The notes below the pieces were generated by a model. The model was given only the letters and a program-made list of their open reading frames with translations, did not search any database and was not told the origin of the DNA. Shown here in pieces: positions 8,756 through 19,960 of a stretch of 64,000 bases of DNA. The stretch's first letter is position 1. Each line of letters opens with the position of its first letter. A program made the translations under genes and the position numbers. Origin of the DNA: an uncultured Clostridia bacterium (GTDB lineage: Bacteria > Bacillota > Clostridia > Christensenellales > UBA1242); the NCBI GenBank assembly GCA_944345365.1, contig CALVMJ010000004.1:1457-65456 (forward strand), read 5' to 3'.

Positions 8756-10234
8756 ATGAAAAAAGGTTTTGACAATGAAAAATATTTAAAACTTCAAAAA
8801 GAAAATATTCTTAAAAGAATGAAAACTTTTGAAAATAAGCTTTATCTTGAAATGGGTGGAAAATTATTTGACGATCTTCATGCTTCAAGGGTGTTACCTG
8901 GTTTTAGGCCTGATGTAAAAATCAAACTTTTATCCAGCCTTAAAGATAAGGCAGAAATCATCATGTGTATTAGCGCAAACGACATCGAAAAAAATCGAAT
9001 CAGAACAGATTTAGGGCTTAGCTATGACAATGAAGTTCTTAGACTGATAGATAATTTCAGAAAGATGGGATTGCTTGTTTCCTCCATAGTAATAACTCTT
9101 TATAAAGGGCAATCAAGTGCGCAAAAATTTGCTACAAAACTTGAAAGAAGGGGCGAAAAAGTTTATTTTCATCAATACACAAAGGGCTATCCGTCAGACA
9201 TTGAAACAATCGTTTCTGACGAAGGATATGGCGCAAATCCTTATATTAAAACAACAAGACCTTTGGTTGTAGTTACAGCTCCAGGGCCATCAAGTGGGAA
9301 GCTTGCAACCTGCCTAAGCCAACTTTACCACGAATACAAAAACGGAATAAATGCAGGCTATGCAAAATTTGAAACGTTTCCTGTTTGGAATTTGCCATTA
9401 AAGCACCCTGTCAATGTTGCCTACGAAGCCGCAACGGCAGATATAAAAGACATTAATATGATAGATTCTTATCATTTTAACAAATACAAGAAATTGACTG
9501 TAAATTACAACAGAGATTTAGAAGTCTTCCCAATTCTAAAAAATATTCTCAAAAAGATAACCGGAAGAGATATTTATCATTCCCCTACTGATATGGGAGT
9601 AAATATGGTGGCTTACGGAATTATTGACGACGATGTTTGCAAACAAGCCAGCAAAGAAGAGATTGTGAGAAGATACTATAAATACTGGTGCGAATATAAA
9701 AAAGGAAATTGCTCATTTGATGCCGTTGATCGTGTTGAAATGCTTATGAACGAACTTGAATTAACAACTAACTTTTTAAAAGCCGTACCTTATGCAAAGA
9801 AAATTAGCAAAGAAAGTGGCTACCCTACGATTGCCCTTGAACTTCCAAACAAAAAATTAATAGCCGGAAAAACAAAAAACATTATTTCGGCTTCGGGAGC
9901 AGTTATATTAAATGCTTTAAAAACCTTAGCAAAAATAGATGACAACAAACCTTTGATAAGCGACACGATTTTAAAGCCAATCTTGGACTTAAAAATAAAT
10001 ATATTAAACTCTAAATCGAGTGTTTTATCTCTTGACGATGTGCTGATTGCCCTCGCAATTTGCGCTCAAACGGATGAAACTGCGAAAAAGTGTTATAAGA
10101 TGCTGGAAAAATTGCAGGGATGTAATGCCCACAGCACATACATTTTGTCAGCGTCAGATGAAAACACATTAAAAAAACTTGGAATTAACATAACAAGTGA
10201 ACCTCACTTTGAAAACAATAATTTGTTTATTTAA
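8756..10234 (+). CDS. DUF1846/UPF0371 family protein (conserved, function unknown)
   Basis: 492 aa. The N-terminal GFDNEKYLKLQ...GGKLFDDLHASRVLPGF block is characteristic of UPF0371. RBS GGGGGA. Confidence 0.65.
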   Translation: MKKGFDNEKYLKLQKENILKRMKTFENKLYLEMGGKLFDDLHASRVLPGFRPDVKIKLLSSLKDKAEIIMCISANDIEKNRIRTDLGLSYDNEVLRLIDNFRKMGLLVSSIVITLYKGQSSAQKFATKLERRGEKVYFHQYTKGYPSDIETIVSDEGYGANPYIKTTRPLVVVTAPGPSSGKLATCLSQLYHEYKNGINAGYAKFETFPVWNLPLKHPVNVAYEAATADIKDINMIDSYHFNKYKKLTVNYNRDLEVFPILKNILKKITGRDIYHSPTDMGVNMVAYGIIDDDVCKQASKEEIVRRYYKYWCEYKKGNCSFDAVDRVEMLMNELELTTNFLKAVPYAKKISKESGYPTIALELPNKKLIAGKTKNIISASGAVILNALKTLAKIDDNKPLISDTILKPILDLKINILNSKSSVLSLDDVLIALAICAQTDETAKKCYKMLEKLQGCNAHSTYILSASDENTLKKLGINITSEPHFENNNLFI

Positions 10235-10285
10235 CCACAAGCAAGTTAACTGGAAGATTGATATTTTATATTATTGCGAATATAG

Positions 10286-10321
10286 AAAAAGATAGTTAAT
10301 TAAATTGACTATCTTTTTTTT
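10286..10321 (+). terminator. rho-independent terminator
   Basis: AAAAAGATAGT-loop-ACTATCTTTTTTTTT. Confidence 0.7.
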
Positions 10322-10522
10322 ACTCTATTTAATAGAACTCATTGATAAATTTAAGAAAGGATCTAATTGAACAAATAGGCCTCTTGCATTTTTTGTTTTA
10401 GGCACTAGATATTATAGCCTACAAGCCACATATCCACCTTCCTACCCCAAGCTCCGAGGGTCAGCGACCTGTTTTTTAAGAATATATAACTTAAAATTTT
10501 TAACTATGTCATCTAATTTTAC

Positions 10523-11728
10523 TTATTGTGAATCATGTCTTATTTCAGGGGACTTAAATTCCTCTGTTTTTCTTAATTTAATCAAATAAAGAGCCATTAA
10601 TATTTGTATTAAAATAAATATAATGCTCACCCCAAATATATACCTTAACCCTAATGTAAATGTAAATCCACATAATAATACCCCTAAAGCTTTTCCTATA
10701 TAGCCAATTGAATATCTTATATTTGAAAAAGTAAACATTTTATCTCTGGAACATCTATTAATATATACTCCATCTGTTTTATTTTCATAAGCACGAGAGA
10801 CAAAAAGTGAAACAAAAACACCACCCAACAAAACTTCTTTAATAGGTATAATCAAAATTAGCAGATAGACAAAAAATCTTGAACCAAATTTAATTAAGAT
10901 TGTTAAATAATCATTTTTAGGAGTCAATTTTTTGAGCGTAATATATCCAAACACATCACCAATGATACCACATATCACGATAAATAATGCAGCTTTAGAC
11001 GCCGAAAAATTAGCATAATTTACAATGAGCAGTAATTGCATTCCTAAAGCCGTAGAATAAGCCATTTGTCCAATAAAAAAGTAAATTAGATATATTAACA
11101 ATATTTTATCTTTAAAAAGATTCTTTAACTTCACTTTTTGTTTTTGGTTAAATTTTTCTGTGTTTTTTATCCGAAAGACTAAAAAAACAGCACAAAGGGC
11201 AAATATTATAGATAAAATAAGCAAACTATTGTAGTCTAATATAACACAAATAAATTTTTTTCCAATTAAAAAACTTGACAATAATATTCCAGCATCTTTG
11301 GCACTATATTCTATAAGTTTTCTTTTACTATAAATCTTTTCATTCTTTAATATATATGATATTAAAGGATATGTAATTAGAGCAATAATATTGTTTGAAA
11401 TTGAATCCATTATATAGCAAAAAATAGAAAGCCACTTAATTGCATAACAATATCCTAATGCCATGCCAACAAGAAACAAAATTTTTATAGAAAATACAAT
11501 TTTAATTATTATCAATTCATTTATACTTCTTAAATATTTAGTAATTAAAATAATTAAAATTCCTCCTAAGAATGAAGCTGAAGCAATAATTAAGCCAATG
11601 TTCGATATAGCAATATTCTGAACCTTAAGCCACAATTGAAAAAATTCGGACATAAGCCCAATAGAAAAACCATAAAAAGCTAAATATAAAAAAATTAATC
11701 TAATATTCTTTTTATCATTTGAATCCAC
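10523..11728 (-). CDS. MFS-type transporter (multi-pass membrane protein)
   Basis: 401 aa, about 12 hydrophobic segments with a central basic loop. GTG start abuts a consensus promoter (see next feature). Confidence 0.55.
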   Translation of the reverse strand: MDSNDKKNIRLIFLYLAFYGFSIGLMSEFFQLWLKVQNIAISNIGLIIASASFLGGILIILITKYLRSINELIIIKIVFSIKILFLVGMALGYCYAIKWLSIFCYIMDSISNNIIALITYPLISYILKNEKIYSKRKLIEYSAKDAGILLSSFLIGKKFICVILDYNSLLILSIIFALCAVFLVFRIKNTEKFNQKQKVKLKNLFKDKILLIYLIYFFIGQMAYSTALGMQLLLIVNYANFSASKAALFIVICGIIGDVFGYITLKKLTPKNDYLTILIKFGSRFFVYLLILIIPIKEVLLGGVFVSLFVSRAYENKTDGVYINRCSRDKMFTFSNIRYSIGYIGKALGVLLCGFTFTLGLRYIFGVSIIFILIQILMALYLIKLRKTEEFKSPEIRHDSQ

Positions 11729-11734
11729 CTGAAA

Positions 11735-11763
11735 ATTATATCACATAAAACTAATAATGTCAA
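11735..11763 (-). promoter_or_regulatory. sigma-A consensus promoter ending 6 nt before the MFS GTG start
   Basis: Minus strand reads TTGACA-17 nt-(TGa)TATAAT-TTTCAG-GTG. Confidence 0.55.
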
Positions 11764-11870
11764 TATAACAAAAACAATATTAATATAAGGACTTGAAAAG
11801 TCCCACCTAAAAAATTTAATCTATACACAAATAAAAAAAAGTAGTATATAGTATACCACTTGTCCTAGAT

Positions 11871-11952
11871 TGGTGCGAGTGGTGGGACTTGAACCCACAC
11901 TCTTTCGAACACGCCCCTTAAACGTGCGCGTCTGCCATTCCGCCACACTCGC
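11871..11952 (-). tRNA. tRNA-Leu, best-fit anticodon AAG (type II, CCA encoded)
   Basis: GCGAGTG TG GCGGAATGGCAGACGC G CACGT TTAAGGG GCGTG TTCGAAAGAGT GTGGG TTCAAGT CCCAC CACTCGC A CCA. It aligns position-for-position with E. coli tRNA-Leu(CAG). The loop TT-AAG-GG gives A34, A35, G36 and G37. Discriminator is A73. Confidence 0.8.
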
Positions 11953-11972
11953 ATAATTTTTAATGCTTTACT

Positions 11973-12001
11973 ATTATACAAAATTTAAAAAAAGTTGTCA
12001 A
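11973..12001 (-). promoter_or_regulatory. consensus sigma-A promoter for tRNA-Leu
   Basis: Minus strand reads TTGACA (11996-12001), a 17-nt spacer, then TATAAT (11973-11978), about 20 nt upstream of the mature tRNA 5' end. Confidence 0.7.
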
Positions 12002-12021
12002 GAAAAAACGACAACTTTTTT
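11987..12021 (-). terminator. clpX terminator (overlaps the tRNA-Leu -35 box)
   Basis: AAAAAAGTTGTCG-TTTTTTCT-TGACAACTTTTTTT on the minus strand, directly after the clpX stop. Confidence 0.7.
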
Positions 12022-12023
12022 AC

Positions 12024-13319
12024 TTAAACAACACGAATATCTTTATTTTCTTTTTCTTCATCTCGCTTTTCAATTACATCTACCCTATAAACAATTTCTG
12101 GGTCGACTGATTTATTTGTAATAAAGTCTTCGGTTATTATAATCTTCTCAATATTCTTATGACTTGGAGCATCGAACATTGTTTTCATCATTTTTGACTC
12201 TAAAATTGTCCTCAGCCCCCTAGCGCCAGTTTTTAACTCGATCGCTTTTTTTGCAACGGCCTTTATAGCCTTTTCATCAAATTCAATCTCTATATTGTCC
12301 ATTGCAAACATTTTCTTATATTGCTTTACAATTGAATTTTTAGGCTCAACCAAGATTTTACATAAAGCCTCTTCATTTAGGTCATCAAGCCCAACAACCA
12401 CTGGTAATCTTCCAACAAATTCAGGAATTAATCCAAACTTAATCAAGTCATCTGGTTGCATCTGTTTCACAAAGTTGATTTTGCTTTTTTCTGCAACAGT
12501 CTTAACATCTGCATTAAATCCAACAGTTGAATTATTTTTCCTTGTCTCAATAATATTGTCAAGTCCAACAAACGCACCTCCACAAATAAATAAAATATTT
12601 GTCGTGTCAATTTGAAGCATTTCTTGGTGAGGATGTTTTCTTCCACCTTGAGGAGGCACGCTTGCCACAGTACTTTCTATTATTTTTAGTAACGCCTGCT
12701 GAACACCTTCCCCCGCAACATCACGTGTGATAGAAACATTTTGGCTCTTTTTGGATATTTTGTCGATTTCATCTATATATATAATACCTCTTTGAGCTTT
12801 TCTTATGTCATAATCAGCAGCTTGTATTAATTTTAACAATATATTTTCGACATCATCTCCAACATATCCCGCTTCAGTTAAAGTGGTGGCATCAGCACTA
12901 GCAAATGGAACTTTTAAAATCTTTGCAAGTGTTTTTGCAAGAAGAGTTTTGCCAGATCCCGTTGGCCCAATCATTAATATATTGCTTTTTTCAAGTTCTA
13001 CCCCATCATTATCAGATTCTTTCTTTCCAAAATTATGATTGATTCTTTTGTAATGATTGTAAACAGCCACAGCTAATGTTTTCTTAGCCTCGTCTTGCCC
13101 TATGATGTACTCATCTAATTTCGCCTTGATTTCAGAAGGAATTGGAAGATCAATTTTTCCTAAGTCAGCCCTTCTTTCATCTTCTTTAATGATTTCCTTG
13201 CATATATTGATACACTCATCGCAAATAAAAGCATCTCCATTTGGACTTGCAACAATTTTTTTAGTATTCTTCTGAGGTTTACCACAAAATGAGCAATAGC
13301 AATTTTCAGGATCTTTCAT
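12024..13319 (-). CDS. clpX: ATP-dependent Clp protease ATP-binding subunit ClpX
   Basis: N-terminal C4 zinc finger (CSFCGK...CDECI), Walker A GPTGSGKT, and the IYIDEIDKI box. Confidence 0.95.
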   Translation of the reverse strand: MKDPENCYCSFCGKPQKNTKKIVASPNGDAFICDECINICKEIIKEDERRADLGKIDLPIPSEIKAKLDEYIIGQDEAKKTLAVAVYNHYKRINHNFGKKESDNDGVELEKSNILMIGPTGSGKTLLAKTLAKILKVPFASADATTLTEAGYVGDDVENILLKLIQAADYDIRKAQRGIIYIDEIDKISKKSQNVSITRDVAGEGVQQALLKIIESTVASVPPQGGRKHPHQEMLQIDTTNILFICGGAFVGLDNIIETRKNNSTVGFNADVKTVAEKSKINFVKQMQPDDLIKFGLIPEFVGRLPVVVGLDDLNEEALCKILVEPKNSIVKQYKKMFAMDNIEIEFDEKAIKAVAKKAIELKTGARGLRTILESKMMKTMFDAPSHKNIEKIIITEDFITNKSVDPEIVYRVDVIEKRDEEKENKDIRVV

Positions 13320-13327
13320 TTTACCTC

Positions 13328-13918
13328 CTAATTTGTTGACTTTCTTGAAACAAAAATCTTATCTATTAAGCCATATTCCTTAGCTTGCTCAGCTGTCATG
13401 TAATTATCCCTATCAGTATCTTTTTCAATAGTTTTCAATGACTTACCGGTATTTTGGCTTAAAATTTTATTTAATTTTTCTTTTGTTTGTTGTATATGTC
13501 TTGCTTGAATTGCAATATCACTCGCCTGCCCTTGTGCCCCGCCGAGAGGTTGATGAATCATAACTTCACTATTAGGAAGGGCAAATCTCTTTCCCTTTGC
13601 TCCACTTGAAAGCAAAAATGCCCCCATTGAAGCCGCAAGACCAACACAAATTGTGCTTACATCACATTTAATATAATTCATAGTATCATAAATGGCCATT
13701 CCGGCACTAACACTTCCACCTGGACTGTTAATATATAGAAAGATGTCTTTATCTGGATTTTTTCCTTCAAGATAAATCATTTCTGCTATAACGGTGTTTG
13801 CAACAGCGTCGTTAATTTCTCCGTTTAAAAATATTATTCTGTCCTCTAATAGCCTAGAATAAATATCATATGACCTTTCGCCATTTCCTTTTTGGTCAAT
13901 GACCATAGGAATTAACAT
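13328..13918 (-). CDS. clpP: ATP-dependent Clp protease proteolytic subunit ClpP
   Basis: The blocks [26 protein letters not shown] (active-site Ser) and MIHQPLGG. Start set to ATG 13918 after GGAGG; the tracked start is an upstream TTG. Confidence 0.95.
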   Translation of the reverse strand: MLIPMVIDQKGNGERSYDIYSRLLEDRIIFLNGEINDAVANTVIAEMIYLEGKNPDKDIFLYINSPGGSVSAGMAIYDTMNYIKCDVSTICVGLAASMGAFLLSSGAKGKRFALPNSEVMIHQPLGGAQGQASDIAIQARHIQQTKEKLNKILSQNTGKSLKTIEKDTDRDNYMTAEQAKEYGLIDKIFVSRKSTN

Positions 13919-13931
13919 ATTTACCTCCAAA

Positions 13932-15212
13932 TTAAATTATTTCATTTTTTTCTTTTAAGAATTTAAATAATTTGCTCATTAAAACATCATTTTCAATATA
14001 GGATTTTTCATAGTTTGATATTTCCTTAGAAAATTCCGCCACAGATTTTCCACTTGATTTTGCAAATTCTTCAAGTTTTGCTTCAAATTCTTCTTTTGTT
14101 ACTAACAAATTGTTTTGCTTAATTATCTCTTGAAGAACAAGCCTTGTTTTAAGAGAATTCTTTGCCTCGCCCTCTTTGGATTTTTTAAATTCATCAAGTG
14201 TTAATTTCATAAATTCAAGATATTGCTCAATTGTTATCTGGGAATAAGCTAATTGATTTTTTAAATCTTCAATTATATGTTCAACTTCATGATTAACCAT
14301 TGACTGAGGTAATTCAATTTCACTTGAATCAACTATTGCCTTAACAAGGTCTGCCTCAGCTATTCTTTCTGCATTTTTACTAGCAGACAAAATAAGTTTT
14401 TCCCTAACATCTTTTTTATATTCTTCAATAGTTTCAAATTCTGTCGTATCTGAAATAAATTTGTCTGTTAATTGTGGAAGTTCTTTCTTTTCAAGTTTAT
14501 TAAGTTTAATCGCAAAAACCGCATCTTTCCCAGCAAGCTCTTTTGCAGGATATTTTTCAGGAAATTTTACTGTAATATCCTTTTCATCTCCCTTTTTCAT
14601 TCCAACAATTTGTTCCTCAAAGTTGTCAATAAATGAATGTGAACCGAGTTCTAATCTAAAATCATTAGCTGTTCCTCCTTCAAATTTCACACCATCAACT
14701 GAGCCTGAAAAATCAATGGTTGCAAAATCTCCCAAACTAGCCTCTGCTTCGCTTTCAACAAATCTTGCACTAGATCCAAGAAGTTTTTCAACTTCGTTTT
14801 CGATATCTTTATCTTTTATCTCTTGGACTTTCTTCGAAATTTTAATTCCTTCGTATTTACCAAGCTTCACATTAGGCATAAGATCAACGACTATTGTTGC
14901 CTCCACTCCATTTTCAGTAATGGAATTAATTGAAACCTTTGGATAATCAATTGGTTGCAAATCAGTGTTGTTTGCCAGAAATTCGTTATACTCTTTTGAA
15001 ACTATCGTATCAAAAGCCTCGTCATAAAAAACAGTGTCTCCATATGTTTTTTCAATAACCTTTCTTGGTGCTTTTCCTTTTCTAAACCCTTGGATACTGT
15101 ATTTCCCTTTAGTAGATTCATATGCTTCTTCCAAAGCTTTTGCCCAAACATCGGCTGAAATCTTAACTTTTAACTCTAATGAGTTGTTTTCGTTCTTTTC
15201 CCTTGTAATCAT
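13932..15212 (-). CDS. tig: trigger factor
   Basis: 426 aa with [13 protein letters not shown] (ribosome-binding signature) and an FKBP-like middle domain. Classic tig-clpP-clpX order. Confidence 0.9.
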   Translation of the reverse strand: MITREKNENNSLELKVKISADVWAKALEEAYESTKGKYSIQGFRKGKAPRKVIEKTYGDTVFYDEAFDTIVSKEYNEFLANNTDLQPIDYPKVSINSITENGVEATIVVDLMPNVKLGKYEGIKISKKVQEIKDKDIENEVEKLLGSSARFVESEAEASLGDFATIDFSGSVDGVKFEGGTANDFRLELGSHSFIDNFEEQIVGMKKGDEKDITVKFPEKYPAKELAGKDAVFAIKLNKLEKKELPQLTDKFISDTTEFETIEEYKKDVREKLILSASKNAERIAEADLVKAIVDSSEIELPQSMVNHEVEHIIEDLKNQLAYSQITIEQYLEFMKLTLDEFKKSKEGEAKNSLKTRLVLQEIIKQNNLLVTKEEFEAKLEEFAKSSGKSVAEFSKEISNYEKSYIENDVLMSKLFKFLKEKNEII

Positions 15213-15338
15213 ATTTTATCTCCTTTTTTACGCCCTTGTAGTATACCATACTATTATTTTTTTTACAACAAAAAATAGCCTCTATTTAAAGTTTTTAAAT
15301 AGAGCTAAGTCGAATTTTATTTTTATATGTCAATAAAA

Positions 15339-15707
15339 TTAAACTATAATTGTGACAATAACAGCAATAAATAATCCAGCCAAACCTGCAATTAGACAAA
15401 TTCTACTTGCAGAATCTTTGAGCATAGTTCTCTTAAATCTTTTATAATACTTATCATCTTCCCTTTCAATCTCATTTAAGGAAAGATTTGTTGAATTTAA
15501 TAACTTTACTTTGTATATTTTATACTTTTTTTCATAACTCTTTCTGAATTCTATATACGACAAAATCATTTCAACAATCCAATATATCAAAAGAGCCCCG
15601 GTGAAAGAGAGAGTAAAATAATGTTTTGAGGCAACACCTCTTTCTAATATTGCAGAAATAATCACACCCAGTGCAAACAAAGCCGAAAGTAAAATTTTTC
15701 TCATCAT
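15339..15707 (-). CDS. small membrane protein, function unknown
   Basis: Start taken at ATG 15707 (MMRKILL...), which overlaps the upstream stop as TTATGATGA, suggesting translational coupling. Three to four hydrophobic segments. Confidence 0.45.
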   Translation of the reverse strand: MMRKILLSALFALGVIISAILERGVASKHYFTLSFTGALLIYWIVEMILSYIEFRKSYEKKYKIYKVKLLNSTNLSLNEIEREDDKYYKRFKRTMLKDSASRICLIAGLAGLFIAVIVTIIV

Positions 15708-15979
15708 AAAACTATACCCAAAATATATAGAACTACTATTGCAACAACAAAAACGACATAACATATTAGCCAAGCCATATGTCTTTGCCCTCTAACCCAA
15801 GAACCTGCCACCACCATTGTTATTATGTAGGCAATAGCTTGCCCAATGTTACTAAAAACAAGGGCAAGGCCTCCATTACCTTTAAAGATAGTAACTAGCA
15901 TTAACGCAAGCGCTATACACCCCGTTCCAATATAGGCTACCAATTGCAAAACAGCTGTAAATGACCAGTTTTTATTCAT
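15704..15979 (-). CDS. small integral membrane protein, function unknown
   Basis: 91 aa with three hydrophobic helices, directly downstream of gap. Confidence 0.45.
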   Translation of the reverse strand: MNKNWSFTAVLQLVAYIGTGCIALALMLVTIFKGNGGLALVFSNIGQAIAYIITMVVAGSWVRGQRHMAWLICYVVFVVAIVVLYILGIVL

Positions 15980-15987
15980 AATAACTC

Positions 15988-17767
<1,780 letters not shown>

Positions 17768-17775
17768 AATTTCTC

Positions 17776-18195
17776 CTACAATTTTTTAATTCTTCTTGAA
17801 TGTCTCCCCCCTTCAAACTCTGATGTAAGAAAGACTTTAATAATTTTTATTGCTTTTTTTAATTTCATATATCTTCCAGGCAAAACTAAAACATTTGCGT
17901 CATTATGTGTTCTTGCATAGCTTGCAATATTTACATCTGTGCATAAGGTTGCCCTTATCTTAGGATTTCTGTTGGCTGCAATAGCCATTCCTAGTCCCGT
18001 TCCGCAAATAAAAATTCCAACGTTTCTTGGATCTTCCAACACCTTAGCACAACCTTTTTTAGCAAAGTCAGGATAATCAACTGGCTCTTTACTGTATGTC
18101 CCAACATCAATAGTGATAATATTTTCATCATTAAAGAATTTTTTAATTCCCTCTTTTAATTCATACCCTGCATGATCAGATGCCAAAATAATCAT
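17776..18195 (-). CDS. rpiB: ribose-5-phosphate isomerase B
   Basis: ASDHAGYELK start and the GIFICGTGLGMAIAANR block of the RpiB/LacAB family. Confidence 0.9.
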   Translation of the reverse strand: MIILASDHAGYELKEGIKKFFNDENIITIDVGTYSKEPVDYPDFAKKGCAKVLEDPRNVGIFICGTGLGMAIAANRNPKIRATLCTDVNIASYARTHNDANVLVLPGRYMKLKKAIKIIKVFLTSEFEGGRHSRRIKKL

Positions 18196-18629
18196 AACTC
18201 ACCCCTAATTTTTAATATTTTATTAATCAAAATTTCTGAGGACCTTTTTAAAAGCTCTGCTGTTTGTCTGTAAACTTCATCGCTTTTTCCATATGGATCC
18301 GAAATATCTCCCCCTATCAAATCTCTTATTAATATTGTCTTTCCCTTTATTTGGTTTTTTATTTGTTCATTCATTGCCACATAGATAGTTGACAAATCTG
18401 TTTTATTTAATTTTATTGATTTTCTGTTTGCAGAGTTGATCTGCATTTCTTTTAAAATTCTTTTTGCAGGCACAGATATGTTTTCTCCAGTAGCATTCAC
18501 ACCTCTTGACATCACTTTAACATTTTCAATTTTTCTTCTTTTTAAAATATCTTTCGCTATTCTTTCAGCCATAATTGATCTGCAAGTATTGCCAGTGCAT
18601 ACAAAACATATCTTAATTTCTTTGCTCAT
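18192..18629 (-). CDS. ywlE: low-molecular-weight protein phosphatase (YwlE-like Arg/Tyr phosphatase)
   Basis: CX5R P-loop CTGNTCRS and a DPYG acid loop. It sits upstream of rpiB, as ywlE-ywlF do in B. subtilis. Confidence 0.75.
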   Translation of the reverse strand: MSKEIKICFVCTGNTCRSIMAERIAKDILKRRKIENVKVMSRGVNATGENISVPAKRILKEMQINSANRKSIKLNKTDLSTIYVAMNEQIKNQIKGKTILIRDLIGGDISDPYGKSDEVYRQTAELLKRSSEILINKILKIRGEL

Positions 18630-18683
18630 ATTTTGATTTTATCACAATAACTAAAAAAAACAAAATGAATTTTCACTTTGTTT

Positions 18684-19028
18684 TTATTTGTCCTTTTTCT
18701 TTTTTAGGTTCTTTGAGATTATAATTTGTTTTCCTTTATACAATTTATCCAAATTATACTTTTCTCTGTGTCCACTGGCAAACAGATGAATAACTATTTC
18801 ATCAAGATCAATTATTATCCATTCTCCTTTATGCCACCCATCAAGTTTTTCATTAAATTTGATTTTTTCGCAAAACTCAGATGAAAGCTTTTTGTTTTCA
18901 TTAACCGAAACGGCAGTTCCAACAACCAAAAACTTTGAAATGCCTCCATCTGCAACATCATATGCAACAACATTTCTATATTTCACTAACCATAAAGCAT
19001 TCAATACCTTTTCTAGTTTTGCGTTCAC
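18684..19028 (-). CDS. rsfS: ribosome silencing factor RsfS (Iojap)
   Basis: The pattern DV...FLVVGTA...W..IDL..IVIHLF....REKYNLDKLY. Confidence 0.85.
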   Translation of the reverse strand: MNAKLEKVLNALWLVKYRNVVAYDVADGGISKFLVVGTAVSVNENKKLSSEFCEKIKFNEKLDGWHKGEWIIIDLDEIVIHLFASGHREKYNLDKLYKGKQIIISKNLKKKKDK

Positions 19029-19089
19029 TTATTCCTCTTGCTAGTATTTTACACTATTCTTCACAAAAATACAACCTTTTTAATAATTT

Positions 19090-19926
19090 TTGTGTATTTT
19101 TAAAACAAACTGTCAAAAATTAGGTATGCAAAAAATAAATTATGTTCTACAAGCCATATTAAGAATTTTTCTTATTTTTTTATTCATTTTTATTTGGGTT
19201 AAATTTTTCTTTAAAAGCTTTTGGCCTTCAATTTTGTTATCTGTTTTTTTTGCAATATTTATTGATTTATTAATAAAAATTTTCACCAAGAAAAATCAAA
19301 AAGTCAAACAACTCAAACTAAAAGAAAAAGAAGAATGTGAGAATATGTTTTTGTCGCTAGCAACAAACTCCTGTCATATTGATTTCTTTTATAAACTTGC
19401 AAGAACAAAACATACTGCTTTGAAAAATAAAAATTTTATTAGGGTTAAACACGATGATGGCGATGTGATTTTATATCCTTTCCTAAACTTTTGTTCCTTA
19501 CAACCAAACGACTTAAATCAAATTATAAAAAGCATAAAGGAAAAAAGCTTTAAAAAAATCGTTGTTTGTGCCGGAGAAATTTCAAAAGAAAGCTTTATAT
19601 TTGTAAAAAACTTTGACTTTGAAATAGTTTTATTAGATAAATTTGAAACATATAAACAACTTTACAAAAACTATAATTTCTTCCCAGAAATCACATTGAC
19701 CTACAAAAAAGACAAAAAGGCTACTTTTAAGGAAATTTTGGCATATTCATTTAACAGAAAAAAAACAAAGAGTTACATTTTTTCAGCTTTTGTGCTACTT
19801 TTTTCTTCGCTCTTTGTTCCAGCAAGTTTATACTACTGCATAATTTCTTCGCTTCTTGTTGTATTTGCAATTATATCCTTTTTCAACCCATTTTGCAAAG
19901 AGTCTGGGAATTTATTTGAATTATAA
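19090..19926 (+). CDS. membrane protein, function unknown (2 N-terminal TM, soluble middle domain, 2 C-terminal TM)
   Basis: 278-aa ORF; the start may be ATG 19126 (MQKINY...). The middle domain loosely resembles the restriction-endonuclease (Mrr_cat) C-terminal pattern KIVVCAGEISKESFIFVKNFDFEIVLLDKFETYK. That resemblance is weak. Confidence 0.35.
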   Translation: MCIFKTNCQKLGMQKINYVLQAILRIFLIFLFIFIWVKFFFKSFWPSILLSVFFAIFIDLLIKIFTKKNQKVKQLKLKEKEECENMFLSLATNSCHIDFFYKLARTKHTALKNKNFIRVKHDDGDVILYPFLNFCSLQPNDLNQIIKSIKEKSFKKIVVCAGEISKESFIFVKNFDFEIVLLDKFETYKQLYKNYNFFPEITLTYKKDKKATFKEILAYSFNRKKTKSYIFSAFVLLFSSLFVPASLYYCIISSLLVVFAIISFFNPFCKESGNLFEL

Positions 19927-19960
19927 TCAATATTACAATTCTCTGCATTATCGCAAGGCA

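Noticed and set aside
11871-11952. Alternative reading of the tRNA-Leu anticodon as TAA (loop TTTAAGG).
   Set aside because: That register needs anticodon stem GCACG/GGCGT with two mismatches, and it puts G at position 37. The AAG register gives 5 of 5 pairs and matches the E. coli tRNA-Leu alignment.
15339-15979. The two overlapping small membrane ORFs as one frameshifted gene.
   Set aside because: The overlap resolves into a clean TTATGATGA stop/start junction, with an ATG start for the second ORF. This is typical translational coupling, not a disrupted frame.
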